64,000 nucleotides of DNA from contig VBWE01000014.1 in assembly GCA_006218065.1 (NCBI GenBank), positions 1,618 to 65,617 of the forward strand, read 5' to 3'. Below the pieces are notes generated by a model. It was not told the DNA's origin. It saw only the letters and a list, made by a program, of their open reading frames with translations, and did no database searches. Source of the DNA: Bacteroidota bacterium. GTDB taxonomy: Bacteria; Bacteroidota; Bacteroidia; Palsa-965. Positions within the stretch are counted from its first letter, which is position 1. Every line of letters begins with the position of its first letter. The position numbers and the translations under genes are program-made. This document shows positions 28,773 through 38,469 of the stretch, piece by piece.

Positions 28773-31700
28773 CTATTTTCCTCCCGCCCGGATCAGGTGC
28801 AGGAATCCCGTATGTTGCGTAATACCCATGGATGGCACTTCCGCTTCCGCGATATAATAATATACACCATCCGAAGCCGGTTTCCCGGTTTGCATTACCG
28901 TGCCGTCCCAGCCGATATACAGGTCACTGAACTCGTAGATCAGCTGTCCCCAGCGGTTGTAAATACGCACGCGCACGTTTTCTCCGTACGGAATATAAAG
29001 CGTCCAGTTGTCGTTGTTGCCGTCGCCGTTCGGTGTAAATACGTTCGGTATGGTGATCGGGCATTCCACTACATCCACGTTGATAACCGATGAAGCGCTC
29101 CGGCAAAGTCCCGTATGCGTTACGAGGTAAAAAGTCGTGTCGCCCAGCAGCGGCCCGGCGAGGTACGTATTCCCGGTAGTGAGTAAACTTCCGCCGTTGA
29201 ACTGCGTGTACCATTCGATCGTATTTTGTCCCGTGGCATGCAGTTCCGCCAGCTGGCCGATACAAACCGTCGTATCCGTTCCGATCGGCGGTACTAAGTT
29301 GTTCGGCTGCGGGAACATGGAAACGGTATCCTGCGCGGAACATCCGTACTGGTCGGTTGCCACAAGCGTGTACGTGCCGGGCAGGCTCACCCAAACCGAA
29401 TCGCCGGTAAAGTTCCCGGGATTCCAGGAGTACGTTGTTTGTCCCGTATTTGCGATCAGCATGGTCGAGTCGCCTTCGCAGATCGGGTAAGGGCCGAGGA
29501 TACTGGCCTGCGCGGCAACCTGTGTAGCGTTTACCGTAATGGTCGCAGGCGTAACGATACCGCACGACGTGATCAGGCAGGTGTATGTTCCGGGCTGCGT
29601 TACATATTGCGTGAGCGCGCTTCCGCTCAGCGGAGCCTGCCACTGCACCAGGCTTGCCGAATTGGAAATCACGGAAATGGCTACCGTATCGCCGCTGTTA
29701 CATAGGATGGGAGACGGAATCGCCTGCAGGTACGGCGTATTGTACTGCACGATGTTCAGCGTATTGGACACGAGCTGGCAACTGTCATTATCCATGAGTA
29801 CGCAATAATAAAATCCAGGCGAAGTGACGTAAATGGAACTCACATTACCGCCGATCGGTCCGTTCGGTCCCTGCCAGATAAATGTTCCCACGCCGGTGCA
29901 AACCAGCAGCACGGAATCGTTTGGACAGATCACACCATCGCCCGGGTTCATCGTAATGGTGGGCGGTTGTTTTACCGTGACGAAAATGGACGCATTCCCG
30001 AAAATAACCGCATCGCATCCGAACGAATTGGTCACGGTATCGAGATACGAAACTGTGTACGTGCCGGGTTGTGATACGTAAATACTGTCGTTGGTGGAGC
30101 CTGTGCTCCAGTTGTAACCCGGTGCGCCGCTGGCCACGAGCAAAGTCGTATCACCCGGGCAGAGCTGCGTATTGCCGGTGATGGTGATGGGAATTTGCCC
30201 GCCCTGCGGAACGGGCAGCACTTCTATATAATACGTGTGACTGACGATAAACGTATCCGTATCACACGCGCTCGCGCGGATGATCATGCCGGTAATGGTA
30301 TATGTTCCCGTGGAATCCGGGTTCATATTATTCATCGTGAAGGTGACGCAATTCGTGACCGAAGTATAATTGATGCCCCCGGCCGGAGTAACCGTCCATT
30401 GGATTTCATCGAGATACTCGATGCATAGATTCGTAAGCGCATTGGGATTCGTGATACTGTCGTAGATGAACATCGTAAATATGTCATCGTCGCAGATTGA
30501 AATGGAATCGTTGCCGTCGGTATCTTCCAGCAGGAGCATCTGTGGACTCAGCGTATCGAACGGATCGGCGAGTGTAACCAGCACGGTAGTTTGCGAAGAG
30601 CATCCGAACTGGTTGGTGGTCATAATGGTATAATATCCCGAAGTATCGGCGATGATCACCGCCGAAGTATCGCCCCCGTTCGGCCCGACCCAGGAATAGG
30701 TATTGGATAAATTTCCGCCGGTAAGCACTACCGAATCGGCGCAGAGAATGATCGGCGTGGTAATCGTGTCGTTCACGTTTATAAGTTCATCGTCGCTGAT
30801 GGTCGGCAGGGGCGGATCGGGATTGAATACGAGTATGATCGTATCCTGCTGCGTGATACATCCGTCGGCGGAAGTAATTGTGACCGCGTACATGCCGGGA
30901 GCATTTACAAAAATGGACGGTTGCGTTGATCCGGTACTCCAGAGATACGTGAAATCGGGCCCGTTGCTGCTCGAGGGCGAGAACTGCGAGGTTTGTGTCG
31001 CACCGTGCAGTGTAATGTTCGGCGGCGGTTCGCAAACGCTGATCGTATCGCCGAAGCATCCGTAGTCCAGCGTAGTGCTTATAATACAAACGTCGTTGCT
31101 GTCGCGGTTGCAGCCTGATCCCTGGTGGTAATAAAAATCGTACGGCTCGCGCGAAAGATCGATCGCACGTCCCATAAACGCATCCGTCGCCCCGCTGGTC
31201 GGCAGTTTTGCAAAATCGTTGTACCAGTTATCGCCGCAGAAAACCGGCGGAGTAATTACGCCGGGAGTCGGTGTAACATTATAACCGAGGAAACTGACCG
31301 AGACATACGGCACAAAAAGTTCCTGCCCGAAAGCGCCGGCCAGCACCACATCGTTGTTCGTGGTGAGCGCGATGCCGCCCATGCTCTCGTCTTTTTTTCC
31401 GCCCAGTTGCCTGCTCCATTGCCAGGCTCCGGTGGAATTGTACTGCGCCACGAAAATATCCCAGAAGCCCACGCTGTTGAACGTGCTGGTGCCATACTGG
31501 TCGGAATATTCCGTAAACCGGCATTTGAAAAGTCCCGTGATATAAGTGTTGGCGGATGCGTCGGTGGTCACGCTGACCGAAGTAACCTGCGAAGTGGATG
31601 CCGCGGAAGTCGACCAGTCCAGGTTGCCCGCGTTATCATACCGCGCAAGGAAAATGCAGTCGCTGTACAGTCCGCTCAGCGTACTGTTCGTTGTTCCGAA

Positions 31701-32813
31701 AAACGTAAGCGTTCCCTGGAAATCGCCGGTGACCAGTACTTTGTTGTTTACGTCGCAGGTAATGGAATTGGCGATATTCACCGCGCCGCCGCCGATGCGC
31801 CGGAACCATTGTTCCACGCCGTTCGGATCGTACTTCACCACGAAAACGGCATTCACCATATTATTCAGGTGCACCTGGTCGAAGGTGATCGTATCGCTGA
31901 ACTGGCCGGTGATAAAAACGTTGCCGGTGGCGTCGCAGCTTACGTCGAGCCCGCGGTCGGTCATGTGCGCCGATCCTTTTTCCGCCCAGAGCACGTTCCC
32001 GGAAGCATCGTACTTCACGGTAAATACGTCAGTCGTTCCGTTCATGCTCGTAAGCACCTGCGAACCGAAACTGGCCGTGCCTGCAAACTCGCCGGTGATG
32101 ATCACGTTTCCGCTGTTATCCACGGTAATGCCGTTCCCGATATCCGCGCCGGTCCCGCCTCCCGACCGCAGCCAGAGCAGGGTTCCGCTGGGATCGTATT
32201 TCGCCACGAAGACATCCTGCTGCCCGGCGGAAATAACATTCTGTGAAGAAAAAGTCGCTGTATTGTAAAAGAAGCCGGTGATGTAACTGTTCCCGGCAGC
32301 GTCCGCTTTCACGCTCAGCCCGCGGTCCGAGCCTGTACCGCCGCCGCTCACGGCCCACTGGTAAACGCCCGCTGCATTGGTTTTACTCAGGAATACGTCC
32401 GTAATCCCCGCCGCATTCACGTTGAATGTCCCGAAACTGGCGGTAGTACTGTAATAGCCGGTATAATAAAGATTTCCTGCAGCGTCCGAACTCACGTCGG
32501 CAGCCTCGTCGTTGGCCAGCCCGCCCCCGCGCTGCACCCAGTAACTTTGCGCAAAGCTGTTGCCCGAAACGAGCAGTAACAGGAATAAAAAGGCAAAAGG
32601 CAAAAAGCAAACAGCAATACTATGTTTGCCTTTTGCTATTTGCCCTTTGCTATTTGCCCTTTGTTTTTTGCTTTTTTTAAGAAAATAAAAACGTCCTCCC
32701 TGTGAAGCAGGAAAATGCAAAACACAGGTACCTTGGGGGTGTGTCATGTGAGTTTTGTACTTAATGAAGGTATGCTTGCCAAACCAAATATAGGGCAAAG
32801 AGACCGACGGCAC
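28773..32813 (-). CDS. Giant (about 1340 aa) surface adhesin with N-terminal SBBP repeats, multiple Ig-like/PKD-like domains and a T9SS type B (gliding-motility-associated, CHU_C/SprB-like) C-terminal domain. The start is uncertain (32813 or 32750).
   Basis: DAAGNLYYTGYY, DAAGNSYITGFF and DNSGNVIITGEF are SBBP repeats. The C-terminal ...IPNVFTPNGDGNNDNW…RIYNRWGQLIYEF…GWDG… is a type B T9SS domain. The signal peptide h-region is encoded by tandem 14 bp repeats. Confidence 0.8.
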   Translation of the reverse strand: MPSVSLPYIWFGKHTFIKYKTHMTHPQGTCVLHFPASQGGRFYFLKKSKKQRANSKGQIAKGKHSIAVCFLPFAFLFLLLLVSGNSFAQSYWVQRGGGLANDEAADVSSDAAGNLYYTGYYSTTASFGTFNVNAAGITDVFLSKTNAAGVYQWAVSGGGTGSDRGLSVKADAAGNSYITGFFYNTATFSSQNVISAGQQDVFVAKYDPSGTLLWLRSGGGTGADIGNGITVDNSGNVIITGEFAGTASFGSQVLTSMNGTTDVFTVKYDASGNVLWAEKGSAHMTDRGLDVSCDATGNVFITGQFSDTITFDQVHLNNMVNAVFVVKYDPNGVEQWFRRIGGGAVNIANSITCDVNNKVLVTGDFQGTLTFFGTTNSTLSGLYSDCIFLARYDNAGNLDWSTSAASTSQVTSVSVTTDASANTYITGLFKCRFTEYSDQYGTSTFNSVGFWDIFVAQYNSTGAWQWSRQLGGKKDESMGGIALTTNNDVVLAGAFGQELFVPYVSVSFLGYNVTPTPGVITPPVFCGDNWYNDFAKLPTSGATDAFMGRAIDLSREPYDFYYHQGSGCNRDSNDVCIISTTLDYGCFGDTISVCEPPPNITLHGATQTSQFSPSSSNGPDFTYLWSTGSTQPSIFVNAPGMYAVTITSADGCITQQDTIILVFNPDPPLPTISDDELINVNDTITTPIILCADSVVLTGGNLSNTYSWVGPNGGDTSAVIIADTSGYYTIMTTNQFGCSSQTTVLVTLADPFDTLSPQMLLLEDTDGNDSISICDDDIFTMFIYDSITNPNALTNLCIEYLDEIQWTVTPAGGINYTSVTNCVTFTMNNMNPDSTGTYTITGMIIRASACDTDTFIVSHTYYIEVLPVPQGGQIPITITGNTQLCPGDTTLLVASGAPGYNWSTGSTNDSIYVSQPGTYTVSYLDTVTNSFGCDAVIFGNASIFVTVKQPPTITMNPGDGVICPNDSVLLVCTGVGTFIWQGPNGPIGGNVSSIYVTSPGFYYCVLMDNDSCQLVSNTLNIVQYNTPYLQAIPSPILCNSGDTVAISVISNSASLVQWQAPLSGSALTQYVTQPGTYTCLITSCGIVTPATITVNATQVAAQASILGPYPICEGDSTMLIANTGQTTYSWNPGNFTGDSVWVSLPGTYTLVATDQYGCSAQDTVSMFPQPNNLVPPIGTDTTVCIGQLAELHATGQNTIEWYTQFNGGSLLTTGNTYLAGPLLGDTTFYLVTHTGLCRSASSVINVDVVECPITIPNVFTPNGDGNNDNWTLYIPYGENVRVRIYNRWGQLIYEFSDLYIGWDGTVMQTGKPASDGVYYYIAEAEVPSMGITQHTGFLHLIRAGGK

Positions 32814-33143
32814 AAGGAATTGCGCGGTCTTTTTAAAATGCAGTCATCCCCGGGTTTGATGAAGCAAAAAAGGAAGGGGAAAGCAGGCCGGGGAAATCGT
32901 CCCGTTACGGCCTTTTTGCCCTTTGCAAATCTTAATATTTATTGTAGGTTTGCCATGAATGCATTACAGCTAAAGGCATGTGTTGCTGCTGCTGATCGAG
33001 GTGAACAACAATATTGAGAATACAAGTTGAGGAGGCGTTTTTTCGGCGCCTCTTTTTTGACGAGTCAACCCTGTATTTTTTCACCCCGGTCGGTGCGGAC
33101 ATCATGCCCGGCGCAAGTACAAACAACACACAATACAACCGTT

Positions 33144-33719
33144 ATGGCTATTAACCTGCAAAAAGGACAGAAGATCGACATTGCGCTGTCCAACATGAGT
33201 GTAGGCCTTGGCTGGAATCCCAATGAAGGCACCGGCCAGGCTTTCGATCTTGACGCTTCGGCGTTCATGCTCAACGAAGGAAGACTGATTCCCACCGAAG
33301 GGCATTTTATTTTCTATGGCAATACCGATTCGCCCGACGGCGGTTTGCATCATACGGGCGATGATCCTACCGGCGGCAACAGCGCTGACGGTGATGATGA
33401 AACCATCATGGTGAACCTGGCCAAAGTAAGTGCGGACATCCAGGAAATTCTTTTCGTGGTTACCATCCATGAAGCCGGCTCGCGCAGGCAGAATTTCGGG
33501 CAGGTGCGCAACTCTTATATCCGTATCGTGGATAACGGGAACGGGACGGAAATCGCGAAATATGAACTCGGCGAAGATTTCTCGGTTGAAACAGCCGTCG
33601 AATTCGGGCGTCTTTATAAGCGTGACGGAAAATGGAAATTCGAAGCTTCCGGCATCGGTTATAAAGAAGAACTCGCTTACTTCGTAGAGAAGTACTATAA
33701 AGGACAAGTCATTAAATAA
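33144..33719 (+). CDS. TerD-family stress protein (TerD paralog 1).
   Basis: MAINLQKGQKIDI…VGLGWNPN…FDLDASAFML…GDDPTGG..ADGDDE.I.V.L is the canonical TerD fold signature including Ca-binding Asp pairs. The ATG lies inside a longer ORF frame that starts at 33027. Confidence 0.9.
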   Translation: MAINLQKGQKIDIALSNMSVGLGWNPNEGTGQAFDLDASAFMLNEGRLIPTEGHFIFYGNTDSPDGGLHHTGDDPTGGNSADGDDETIMVNLAKVSADIQEILFVVTIHEAGSRRQNFGQVRNSYIRIVDNGNGTEIAKYELGEDFSVETAVEFGRLYKRDGKWKFEASGIGYKEELAYFVEKYYKGQVIK

Positions 33720-33752
33720 GTAAGTAGTTACACCAAATAACAAACGTAGATT

Positions 33753-34427
33753 ATGGCAATTAACCTGCAAAAGGGTCAAACCATTGACCTTCGCAAAAAC
33801 GATCAAGGTGAAAGTTTCGATCTTTCCCAGGTGACCATCGGCCTCGGATGGGACATGCGTAAAAAAGAAGGCGGCGGTTTTCTCGGAAAACTTTTCGGCG
33901 GAAAAGAAGAGGATTATGACCTCGATGCGGTTGCATTCCTGATGGATGCGAGCGACAAAGTGGCCAACCTGGGCCGCACCGTGCAGCATCCGAACGGCAT
34001 GAAAGTGCCGCTGTTCGAAAGCGACGTCATTTACTTCAACTCGCAGCGCCACCCTTCGGGGCATATCTGGCTTACCGGCGATAACCGCACGGGAGCAGGT
34101 GACGGCGACGACGAACAGATCATCGTGAAACTTGACGCGCTCGAGCAGCGTTTCCAGAAAGTGATGTTCCTGGTTACCATTTACCAGGGCAAACAAAAAG
34201 GCCAGCATTTCGGTATGGTTGCCAATGCGTATATCCGTGCGGTAGATGCCCGCGGAAAAGAAATTGCGCGTTACAACCTGTCGGGCGACGCCAGCATGAA
34301 CGGCATGGCCGGTATGGTTTTCGCCGAAGTGTACCGTAAGGACGGCACCTGGAAATTCCGCGCGCTCGGCAACCCGCAGAACACCGATAACTTTATCGAA
34401 GTACTTCGCCAGCACGTATATCAATGA
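33753..34427 (+). CDS. TerD-family protein (paralog 2, with inserts).
   Basis: MAINLQKGQTIDL…IGLGWD…YDLDAVAFLM…LTGDNRTGAGDGDDEQIIVKLD is a TerD signature. Confidence 0.9.
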   Translation: MAINLQKGQTIDLRKNDQGESFDLSQVTIGLGWDMRKKEGGGFLGKLFGGKEEDYDLDAVAFLMDASDKVANLGRTVQHPNGMKVPLFESDVIYFNSQRHPSGHIWLTGDNRTGAGDGDDEQIIVKLDALEQRFQKVMFLVTIYQGKQKGQHFGMVANAYIRAVDARGKEIARYNLSGDASMNGMAGMVFAEVYRKDGTWKFRALGNPQNTDNFIEVLRQHVYQ

Positions 34428-35119
34428 GCATACTGACCGGCGTCAGCCATATATCGTTCGATCTGTGGCTGACGCTGATCCGGTCAGCGCCCGGTTTTAA
34501 ACCGGAACGCGACCGTTTGCTCGCCGGTCATTTCGGCATTCAGCGTTCGCCGGAAAAAATTTCGGAAACGGTCAGGCATTTCGACCGGCTTTTCGACCGG
34601 GTGAGTATGATTACCGGGAAAAGTATCGATGCGGATGAAATCGTCCTGGTGATACTGGACGCGCTCGGGGCGGATATTTCAGCCGTGAGCCGCGAACAAT
34701 TGCAGCGTTTTTATGTTGATATGGAAGACTTGTTTTTTTCAAGCCCCCCTGTTCTCATCGATCCGCAAATGCCGCATCACCTGGAAAAGCTCCGGGAAAA
34801 GGGATTTACGCTGAGCCTGTTGAGCAACACGGCGTTTATCAGGGGTAAAACATTAAGAAAAATACTGGCGCATTATGAAATGGATATACATTTTGATTTC
34901 CAGCTTTATTCGGATGAGATCGGTTACGCCAAACCTGCGCCCGGCGCTTTTGCCTGTTTATGGCAGGAAGCAAAAAAACGCCGCAGCCTGGAAAAGGAAA
35001 TGATCCTGCATATCGGCGATAATCCCGACGCCGATGTAAAAGGCGCTTCGGATTTCGGCATGCGGGCGGCTTTGTTCAACCGGCAGGAAACCGCGCTGGC
35101 CGATATGCTGGAATGCTGA
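34424..35119 (+). CDS. HAD-superfamily hydrolase (phosphatase-like) with a non-canonical motif I.
   Basis: Motif I is ISFDLWLTL, motif II LSLLSNT, the motif III Lys is in YAKP, and motif IV is GDNPDAD. The ATGA overlap with the upstream TerD gene indicates translational coupling. Confidence 0.7.
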   Translation: MSILTGVSHISFDLWLTLIRSAPGFKPERDRLLAGHFGIQRSPEKISETVRHFDRLFDRVSMITGKSIDADEIVLVILDALGADISAVSREQLQRFYVDMEDLFFSSPPVLIDPQMPHHLEKLREKGFTLSLLSNTAFIRGKTLRKILAHYEMDIHFDFQLYSDEIGYAKPAPGAFACLWQEAKKRRSLEKEMILHIGDNPDADVKGASDFGMRAALFNRQETALADMLEC

Positions 35120-35155
35120 TGAACGGGATTTTCCCGTGTAAACAACAGGAATGAG

Positions 35156-35998
35156 ATGATTGTAAAACAGGCTTTAAAATTCGAAACGTTTTCCCTGCAT
35201 AAAATTCATGCGGCAGATACGCTCGCGTTCAGCGCGGAAGCTTACAGCCGGTTTAAATTCGGTCATGGCGGGTACGCGGAACAGTTCGGCCGCGAACTGG
35301 CGCTGAAATTTATCCGCGCGCACAGTGAACTGCTTTTATCCGAAGAAAAGATCGTCCTGCTGCCGAGTCCTTACGATTCCATTCCCACCGCTTCCAATGC
35401 CATGGCGCGTTCGTTCCGCACGGTACTGAATGCGTTCCTGGCCCGCCACGAAAAAAAATCGCTGCTCGAATCCAAAATACACCGCTACAAAACGTACAGC
35501 GTGGATTACGGCAACCTGGATTTTGAAGAAAGACTGCGGCTGATCTCGGCCGATACATATCATATCGACCGCGATTTCCTGAAAGAAGGACTCGTGCTGC
35601 TTATCGACGATGTGCGCATTACCGGGAGCCACGAACTGATGATCCGCAACCTGATCCGGAAAAATGAAGTCCCCGGCCATTTCGTATTCCTGTATTACGC
35701 CGAACTGGCCGACAAATCCGTCGCTCCCGATTTTGAGAATTACCTGAACTACTTTTTTGTGAAGGATATCCGGGGCATTCTCGAGATGATTCATGCGGAT
35801 TTCTTTATTTTTAACACAAGGGTGATCAAGTACATCCTGGGCTGCGATCAAAAACAGTTCGGGCTGGTGCTGGAAACCGTTCAAAAGGATAAACTGGTGC
35901 AATTGTGCGATCATGCGTTCGGCAACAATTACCACCTGATGACCGAATACAAAGAAAACCTCGAACGCATTCAACAACACATCCACTATGGCCATTAA
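35156..35998 (+). CDS. Phosphoribosyltransferase (PRTase)-fold protein of the ter-associated type.
   Basis: LVLLIDDVRITGSHEL is a PRPP-binding loop. The ORF overlaps the next TerD start by 11 bp. Confidence 0.7.
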   Translation: MIVKQALKFETFSLHKIHAADTLAFSAEAYSRFKFGHGGYAEQFGRELALKFIRAHSELLLSEEKIVLLPSPYDSIPTASNAMARSFRTVLNAFLARHEKKSLLESKIHRYKTYSVDYGNLDFEERLRLISADTYHIDRDFLKEGLVLLIDDVRITGSHELMIRNLIRKNEVPGHFVFLYYAELADKSVAPDFENYLNYFFVKDIRGILEMIHADFFIFNTRVIKYILGCDQKQFGLVLETVQKDKLVQLCDHAFGNNYHLMTEYKENLERIQQHIHYGH

Positions 35999-36539
35999 TC
36001 TTCAGAAAGGACAGCGCGAAAATATCAACGTGCCCAAATTCACCGTCGGTCTCGGCTGGGACGCCAACAGCAGCGCTACGGGAGGCGAGTTCGATCTCGA
36101 CGCTTCGGTATTCCTGCTCACCGAAAATCACAAAATTCCCGGCGACGATTATTTTGTTTTTTACAACAACAAAGTTTCCGGCGACGGATCGGTGACGCAT
36201 TCCGGCGACAACCGCACGGGCGCCGGCGACGGTGACGACGAGCAGGTGGTAGTCGACCTCTCGAAAGTAAATCCGCAGGTTACGCAGATCTGTATCGTGG
36301 TAACCATTCACGAAGCCGAAGCACGCCGCCAGAATTTCGGACAGGTGCGCAATGCCTTTATCCGCATCATCGACGCGAGCGGAGCGGAACTGGTGAAATA
36401 CGATCTCGACGAAGATTTCTCGATCGAAACGGCCGTGGAATTCGGACGCATTTACAACCGCAGCGGCCAGTGGAAATTCGAAGCCGTGGGCGTAGGCATG
36501 CAGGGCGGATTAGGTGATTATCTTACAAAGTATACGTAA
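35988..36539 (+). CDS. TerD-family protein (paralog 3).
   Basis: MAINLQKGQRENI…VGLGWDAN…FDLDASVFLL…GDNRTGAGDGDDEQVVVDL is a TerD signature. Confidence 0.9.
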   Translation: MAINLQKGQRENINVPKFTVGLGWDANSSATGGEFDLDASVFLLTENHKIPGDDYFVFYNNKVSGDGSVTHSGDNRTGAGDGDDEQVVVDLSKVNPQVTQICIVVTIHEAEARRQNFGQVRNAFIRIIDASGAELVKYDLDEDFSIETAVEFGRIYNRSGQWKFEAVGVGMQGGLGDYLTKYT

Positions 36540-36540
36540 T

Positions 36541-36720
36541 GTTCACGTCTCGTCTATCGCTCGACGTGACAAGCCGGCGTTTCAAGTCTAAAGTTTCAAG
36601 TTTAATGTTTCAGGTTTTGTAACGCATCAGATCAAAAGACAAAACGTTGAACATTAAACTTTAAACCTGAAACTTTAGACTTGAAACATTGAACAGTAAG
36701 CAGAACTCTCCGAAGGAATA
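36541..36720. repeat. Post-stop conserved hairpin (CACGTC-N13-GACGTG) followed by a roughly 110 bp complex palindrome (TTTCAAGTCTAAAGTTTCAAG…CTTGAAACTTTAGACTTGAAA).
   Basis: The inverted repeats are directly visible in the sequence. Confidence 0.7.
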
Positions 36721-36742
36721 ACCAATACTATATAAAACCAAA

Positions 36743-37381
36743 ATGAGAAGACTACCCGTTTACCTCCTGCTCGACACGTCGGGCTCAATGACAGGAGAAC
36801 CGATTGAAGCAGTGAAGAACGGCGTACAGGTGCTTATTTCCACCCTTCGCCAGGATCCGTATGCGCTCGAAACCGCTTACATCAGCGTAGTGACGTTCAA
36901 TACGACCGCTTCGCAGCTGATTCCGCTCACCGATCTTTCTTCGTTCCAGATGCAGGACATCAAAGCCGGCGGATCAACGGCACTTGGCGATGGTCTGAAA
37001 GTACTGGCCGAATGTATCGACCGCGAAGTGGCGAAAAGCACAGCCGAAACCAAAGGCGACTGGAAACCGCTTGTCTTTATAATGACGGACGGTGGTCCCA
37101 CCGACCAGTGGCAGGCAGGCCTCGCCGAATTCCAGAGAAGGAAAGTCGGTGTGATCGTAGCCTGTGCGGCCGGCAGTGGCGCGGATACCAACGTACTCAA
37201 GCAGGTTACCGACGTGGTGGTTTCGCTCGACACGGCTGATTCGGCCACGATCAAAGCCTTTTTCAAATGGGTTTCCGCGTCGATCAGCACCGGCAGCCAG
37301 AAAGTGGAAAGCGGCGAGAAGGAAGTGGGCGGCCTCAGCGAATTACCGCCGCCGCCGCCGGAAGTGAATATAGTGGTGTAA
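36743..37381 (+). CDS. TerY-type von Willebrand factor A domain protein.
   Basis: MRRLPVYLLLDTSGSM is a MIDAS DxSxS motif. The 212 aa product has a C-terminal PPPPPE tail. Confidence 0.85.
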   Translation: MRRLPVYLLLDTSGSMTGEPIEAVKNGVQVLISTLRQDPYALETAYISVVTFNTTASQLIPLTDLSSFQMQDIKAGGSTALGDGLKVLAECIDREVAKSTAETKGDWKPLVFIMTDGGPTDQWQAGLAEFQRRKVGVIVACAAGSGADTNVLKQVTDVVVSLDTADSATIKAFFKWVSASISTGSQKVESGEKEVGGLSELPPPPPEVNIVV

Positions 37382-37587
37382 TGCACATGTCTCGACTGCC
37401 GCTCGACATGACGTGTGTTATACACAGAAGTAAAGAGATCGGCTACCGCTCGACATGACGTGTATGTAATACGCGTAAAAGGAACATCGCCGCCACTCGA
37501 TGTGACGAATACTGTAAGGGCGATGCATTGCATCGCCCCAATGTAATACGGTGATGCATTGCATCGCCCGACTGTAATACAAAACTC
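37382..37587. repeat. Cluster of direct and inverted repeats: a post-stop hairpin CATGTC-N13-GACATG, CCGCTCGACATGACGTGT in 2.5 copies, and a tandem pair of GGGCGATGCATTGCATCGCCC palindromes.
   Basis: The repeats are directly visible in the sequence. Confidence 0.7.
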
Positions 37588-38223
37588 ATGAGACGCCTAC
37601 CTGTATATCTTTTACTGGACACTTCGGGTTCTATGCGCGGGGAACGGATCGAGGCGGTGAAAAACGGCCTGCAGGTACTCCTGTCGAAACTTCGCCAGGA
37701 CCCGCATGCGCTGGAAACGGTCTGGATGAGCATCATCACCTTCGACCGCGAAGTGCACCAGGTACTTCCGCTCACCGATCTCGAATCGCTGCAGATGCCC
37801 GAAATCCTCACGCCCGAGTCGGGTCCGACGAACATGGGCGCTGCGCTGGAAATGCTGCTGCAGAAATCCGACGCGGAAGTGATCCGCAGCACCGACGATC
37901 AGAAAGGCGACTGGCGCCCGCTGCTGTTCCTGATGACCGACGGAAAACCTTCGGACCTCGCCGCTTTCCGCGAAGTCGTCCCGAAAGTGAAAAAGAAAAA
38001 TTTCGCCGCCATCATCGCCTGCGCCGCCGGAGCAGAAGCGCAGGACAGTTTCCTGAAAGAACTGACGGATATCGTCGTTCACCTGGACACGGCCGACAGC
38101 AATACGCTGGTTTCTTTCTTCAAATGGGTATCCGCTTCCATCGGTACGGGAAATATGAGCGTCAGTTCTACCGATCAGCTCATCCTTCCGCCGCCGCCGG
38201 ATGAAGTGCACATGATTATTTAA
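37588..38223 (+). CDS. TerY-type vWA domain protein (second paralog).
   Basis: MRRLPVYLLLDTSGSMRGERIEAVKNG is a MIDAS motif. The protein is about 50 % identical to the upstream vWA. Confidence 0.85.
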   Translation: MRRLPVYLLLDTSGSMRGERIEAVKNGLQVLLSKLRQDPHALETVWMSIITFDREVHQVLPLTDLESLQMPEILTPESGPTNMGAALEMLLQKSDAEVIRSTDDQKGDWRPLLFLMTDGKPSDLAAFREVVPKVKKKNFAAIIACAAGAEAQDSFLKELTDIVVHLDTADSNTLVSFFKWVSASIGTGNMSVSSTDQLILPPPPDEVHMII

Positions 38224-38225
38224 TG

Positions 38226-38458
38226 ATTGTTTAAAACTCCTCCGGAGGATATATTACAAAATAAAGAAAATGAAAGTCGGAGTAGTTTCTTTTTCCAGTT
38301 TACAGTTGACAGTTTGCAGTTGGCAGTTTTTGTTTTACAGGGATGTCGTCAAAACTTCCGCGTTAACGCGTTCAAAACTGCCAACTGCAAACTGGAGTAA
38401 GGACATACGATTACAAAATACTCCCGTTTAAAGGAGCTTCGTTTTATACAGTCTGATC
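38226..38458. mobile_element. MITE-like, non-coding element of about 230 bp with imperfect 13 bp terminal inverted repeats (GATTGTTTAAAAC / GTATAAAACAGTC-type) and a perfect internal 22 bp inverted repeat. This is copy A.
   Basis: It is homologous (about 80 %) to the reverse complement of 48311-48540. It has no ORF. Confidence 0.6.
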
Positions 38459-38469
38459 GAATCCGTTCT

